From: Azolla caroliniana
Taxonomy: Eukaryota > Plantae > Polypodiophyta
Direction of reading: 5' to 3'
Assembly: GCA_043228905.1 (NCBI GenBank)
Contig: JBHGNT010000009.1
Location: 16,864,001-16,928,000 of the forward strand
Length of the DNA: 64,000 nucleotides
Part shown: positions 62,520-64,000 of the stretch, piece after piece
Numbering within the stretch: position 1 is the first letter of the stretch
How the letters are laid out: each line of letters begins with the position of its first letter
Notes under the pieces: model-generated
Seen by the model: the letters and a program-made list of their open reading frames with translations, nothing else
What the model was told of the DNA's origin: nothing
The model's database searches: none
Program-made: the position numbers and the translations under genes

Positions 62520-64000
62520 TGTTGAGAATCAAGCTCAACTTGGTCTAGTGTGTGAACTCACCTTGAGAGTGAAGAGACACCTCAATGGTCAAGAGTCACC
62601 ATTATGTCACCACTTTGTATTCTAGCATTTAGTATGAGTCATAGAATCATATTCTATGACACATAACTTATGAGCTTTCACATTCCCCATGCTCCATGAG
62701 CCTTGTAGTTAATGAAGAGAGAGGGTGAGTACATAAAGCACTCTCCTCCCACCTTGTATAATGTTGAGTCTTTCTCCTTTGTCAATATACTTTTACCTTG
62801 CGTATTCTTTGTGTGCATTGCAACATGGTATGCCGTACGATTGGACTACAAATTGGATCAAACCTTTACATAAAGGTGGAGATATAAATAATGTAAACAA
62901 CAACCTTTACATAAAGGTGGAGCACGGATCCCGTAACTCCGCAGAAACGCGAGTCGACGCGGACTCCGGAACGCAAGTCGAAGCGTATTTTTGGATACCG
63001 TCTGAAACCGACCCGAGTTGAGCCTGAGGGGGCGTGTTGAGAATCAAGCTCAACTTGGTCTAGTGTGTGAACTCACCTTGAGAGTGAATAGACACTCCAA
63101 TGGTCAAGAGTCACCATTAAGTCACCACTTTGTATTCTAGCATTTAGTATGAGTCATAGAATCATATTCTATGACACATAACTTATGAGCTTTCACATTC
63201 CCCATGCTCCATGAGCCTTGTAGTTAATGAAGAGAGAGGGTGAGTACATAAAGCACTCTCCTCCCACCTTGTATAATGTTGAGTCTTTCTCCTTTGTCAA
63301 TATACTTTTACCTTGCGTATTCTCTGTGTTTTCACACACACACACACTCTCTCTTACACACACACATAACTCACATCTCTTCCGCTCCACAAGAATCCAT
63401 CTCTTAATTCTTTACATGGTATCAGAGCGATTTGGTAGCTCGATCTAGCCCATTCGCCTCATCGTGATCGTGTGTTGTGCTCTACGCCGACGACCAAGAA
63501 CCGGCTCATAGCTATCGTAGCTTCGCTACATAGCTCGCATTCGAAGAGAGAAGAAGAAGAAGAAGAATCGAAATAATGAATACTCAAATGGGGAGCGCTC
63601 TCCCTACCGAGAAGTTGGATCGAAACAACTTCGCATCTTGGGATTACAAGATGCACCAATACCTTGTTGGACAAGGCTATTGGAGCTACATCAAAGGAGC
63701 GCATGAAGACCGACCCACCGAAGCGGCTCCCGGATACGCGACATGGGAGCAAGCCGAAAGCCGCGTGATGTATTGTTTGGCGACATGTGTTCATGACCAC
63801 ATGCTCGGTTACATTCGAGAAGCCAAGACGCCGAAGGAAGCGCGGGAAAATCTACGAAAGATTTTCGCTGCCAACACAACTGCGAGGAAGCTTCAACTCC
63901 ACCAAGAGTTGAACAACATTCAACAAAGGGACATGTCTATCACAACATACACCTTGAAGATCAAGGATCTTTGAGACTCGCTCAGCTCAATAAGCGTAAG
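62520..64000 (+). mobile_element. Copia-4 tandem structure: partial LTR 62520-62814, filler, PPT, full LTR 63035-63416, PBS 63417-63428, gag from 63576 (runs off the window)
   Basis: Two near-identical LTR copies; GAGGGGGCG before the second and TGGTATCAGAGC after it; gag MGSALPTEKLDRNNFASWDYKM. Confidence 0.92.
62815..62922 (+). mobile_element. ~90-bp fragment resembling non-LTR (LINE) reverse transcriptase, as filler DNA
   Basis: Translates ALQHGMPYDWTTNWIKPLHKGGDINNVNN, matching the LINE RT start pattern G.P..W....I.P..K.GD.....NYR. Confidence 0.7.

Overview
Eukaryotic DNA from a non-seed land plant, most likely a fern (inferred from the retroelement types). One spliced host gene lies on the minus strand: a four-exon VOC/glyoxalase-I-like gene, 2506-4867. 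From about 5.5 kb to the end is a nest of decayed LTR retrotransposons: four Copia elements, two chromodomain Gypsy elements (one Tcn1-like), a fungal-like Gypsy split into three pieces, four related non-chromovirus Gypsy elements (here A-D) with an extra 3' ORF, and solo or orphan LTRs. Five insertions have exact 5-bp target-site duplications (TSDs) and two more have near-exact ones, so much of the nesting order can be read directly. The main signal: elements A-D have no polypurine tract (PPT) before the 3' LTR. They instead carry a CCA-ended copy of a tRNA 3' end (GGG-TTCGA-[hairpin]-GTCCCACGGGCGTG-CCA), i.e. a second primer-binding site (PBS) on the opposite strand, in addition to a PBS at the 5' LTR. 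This suggests both cDNA strands may be tRNA-primed. All calls were made by eye; tRNA identities and clade names are from memory and need database confirmation.
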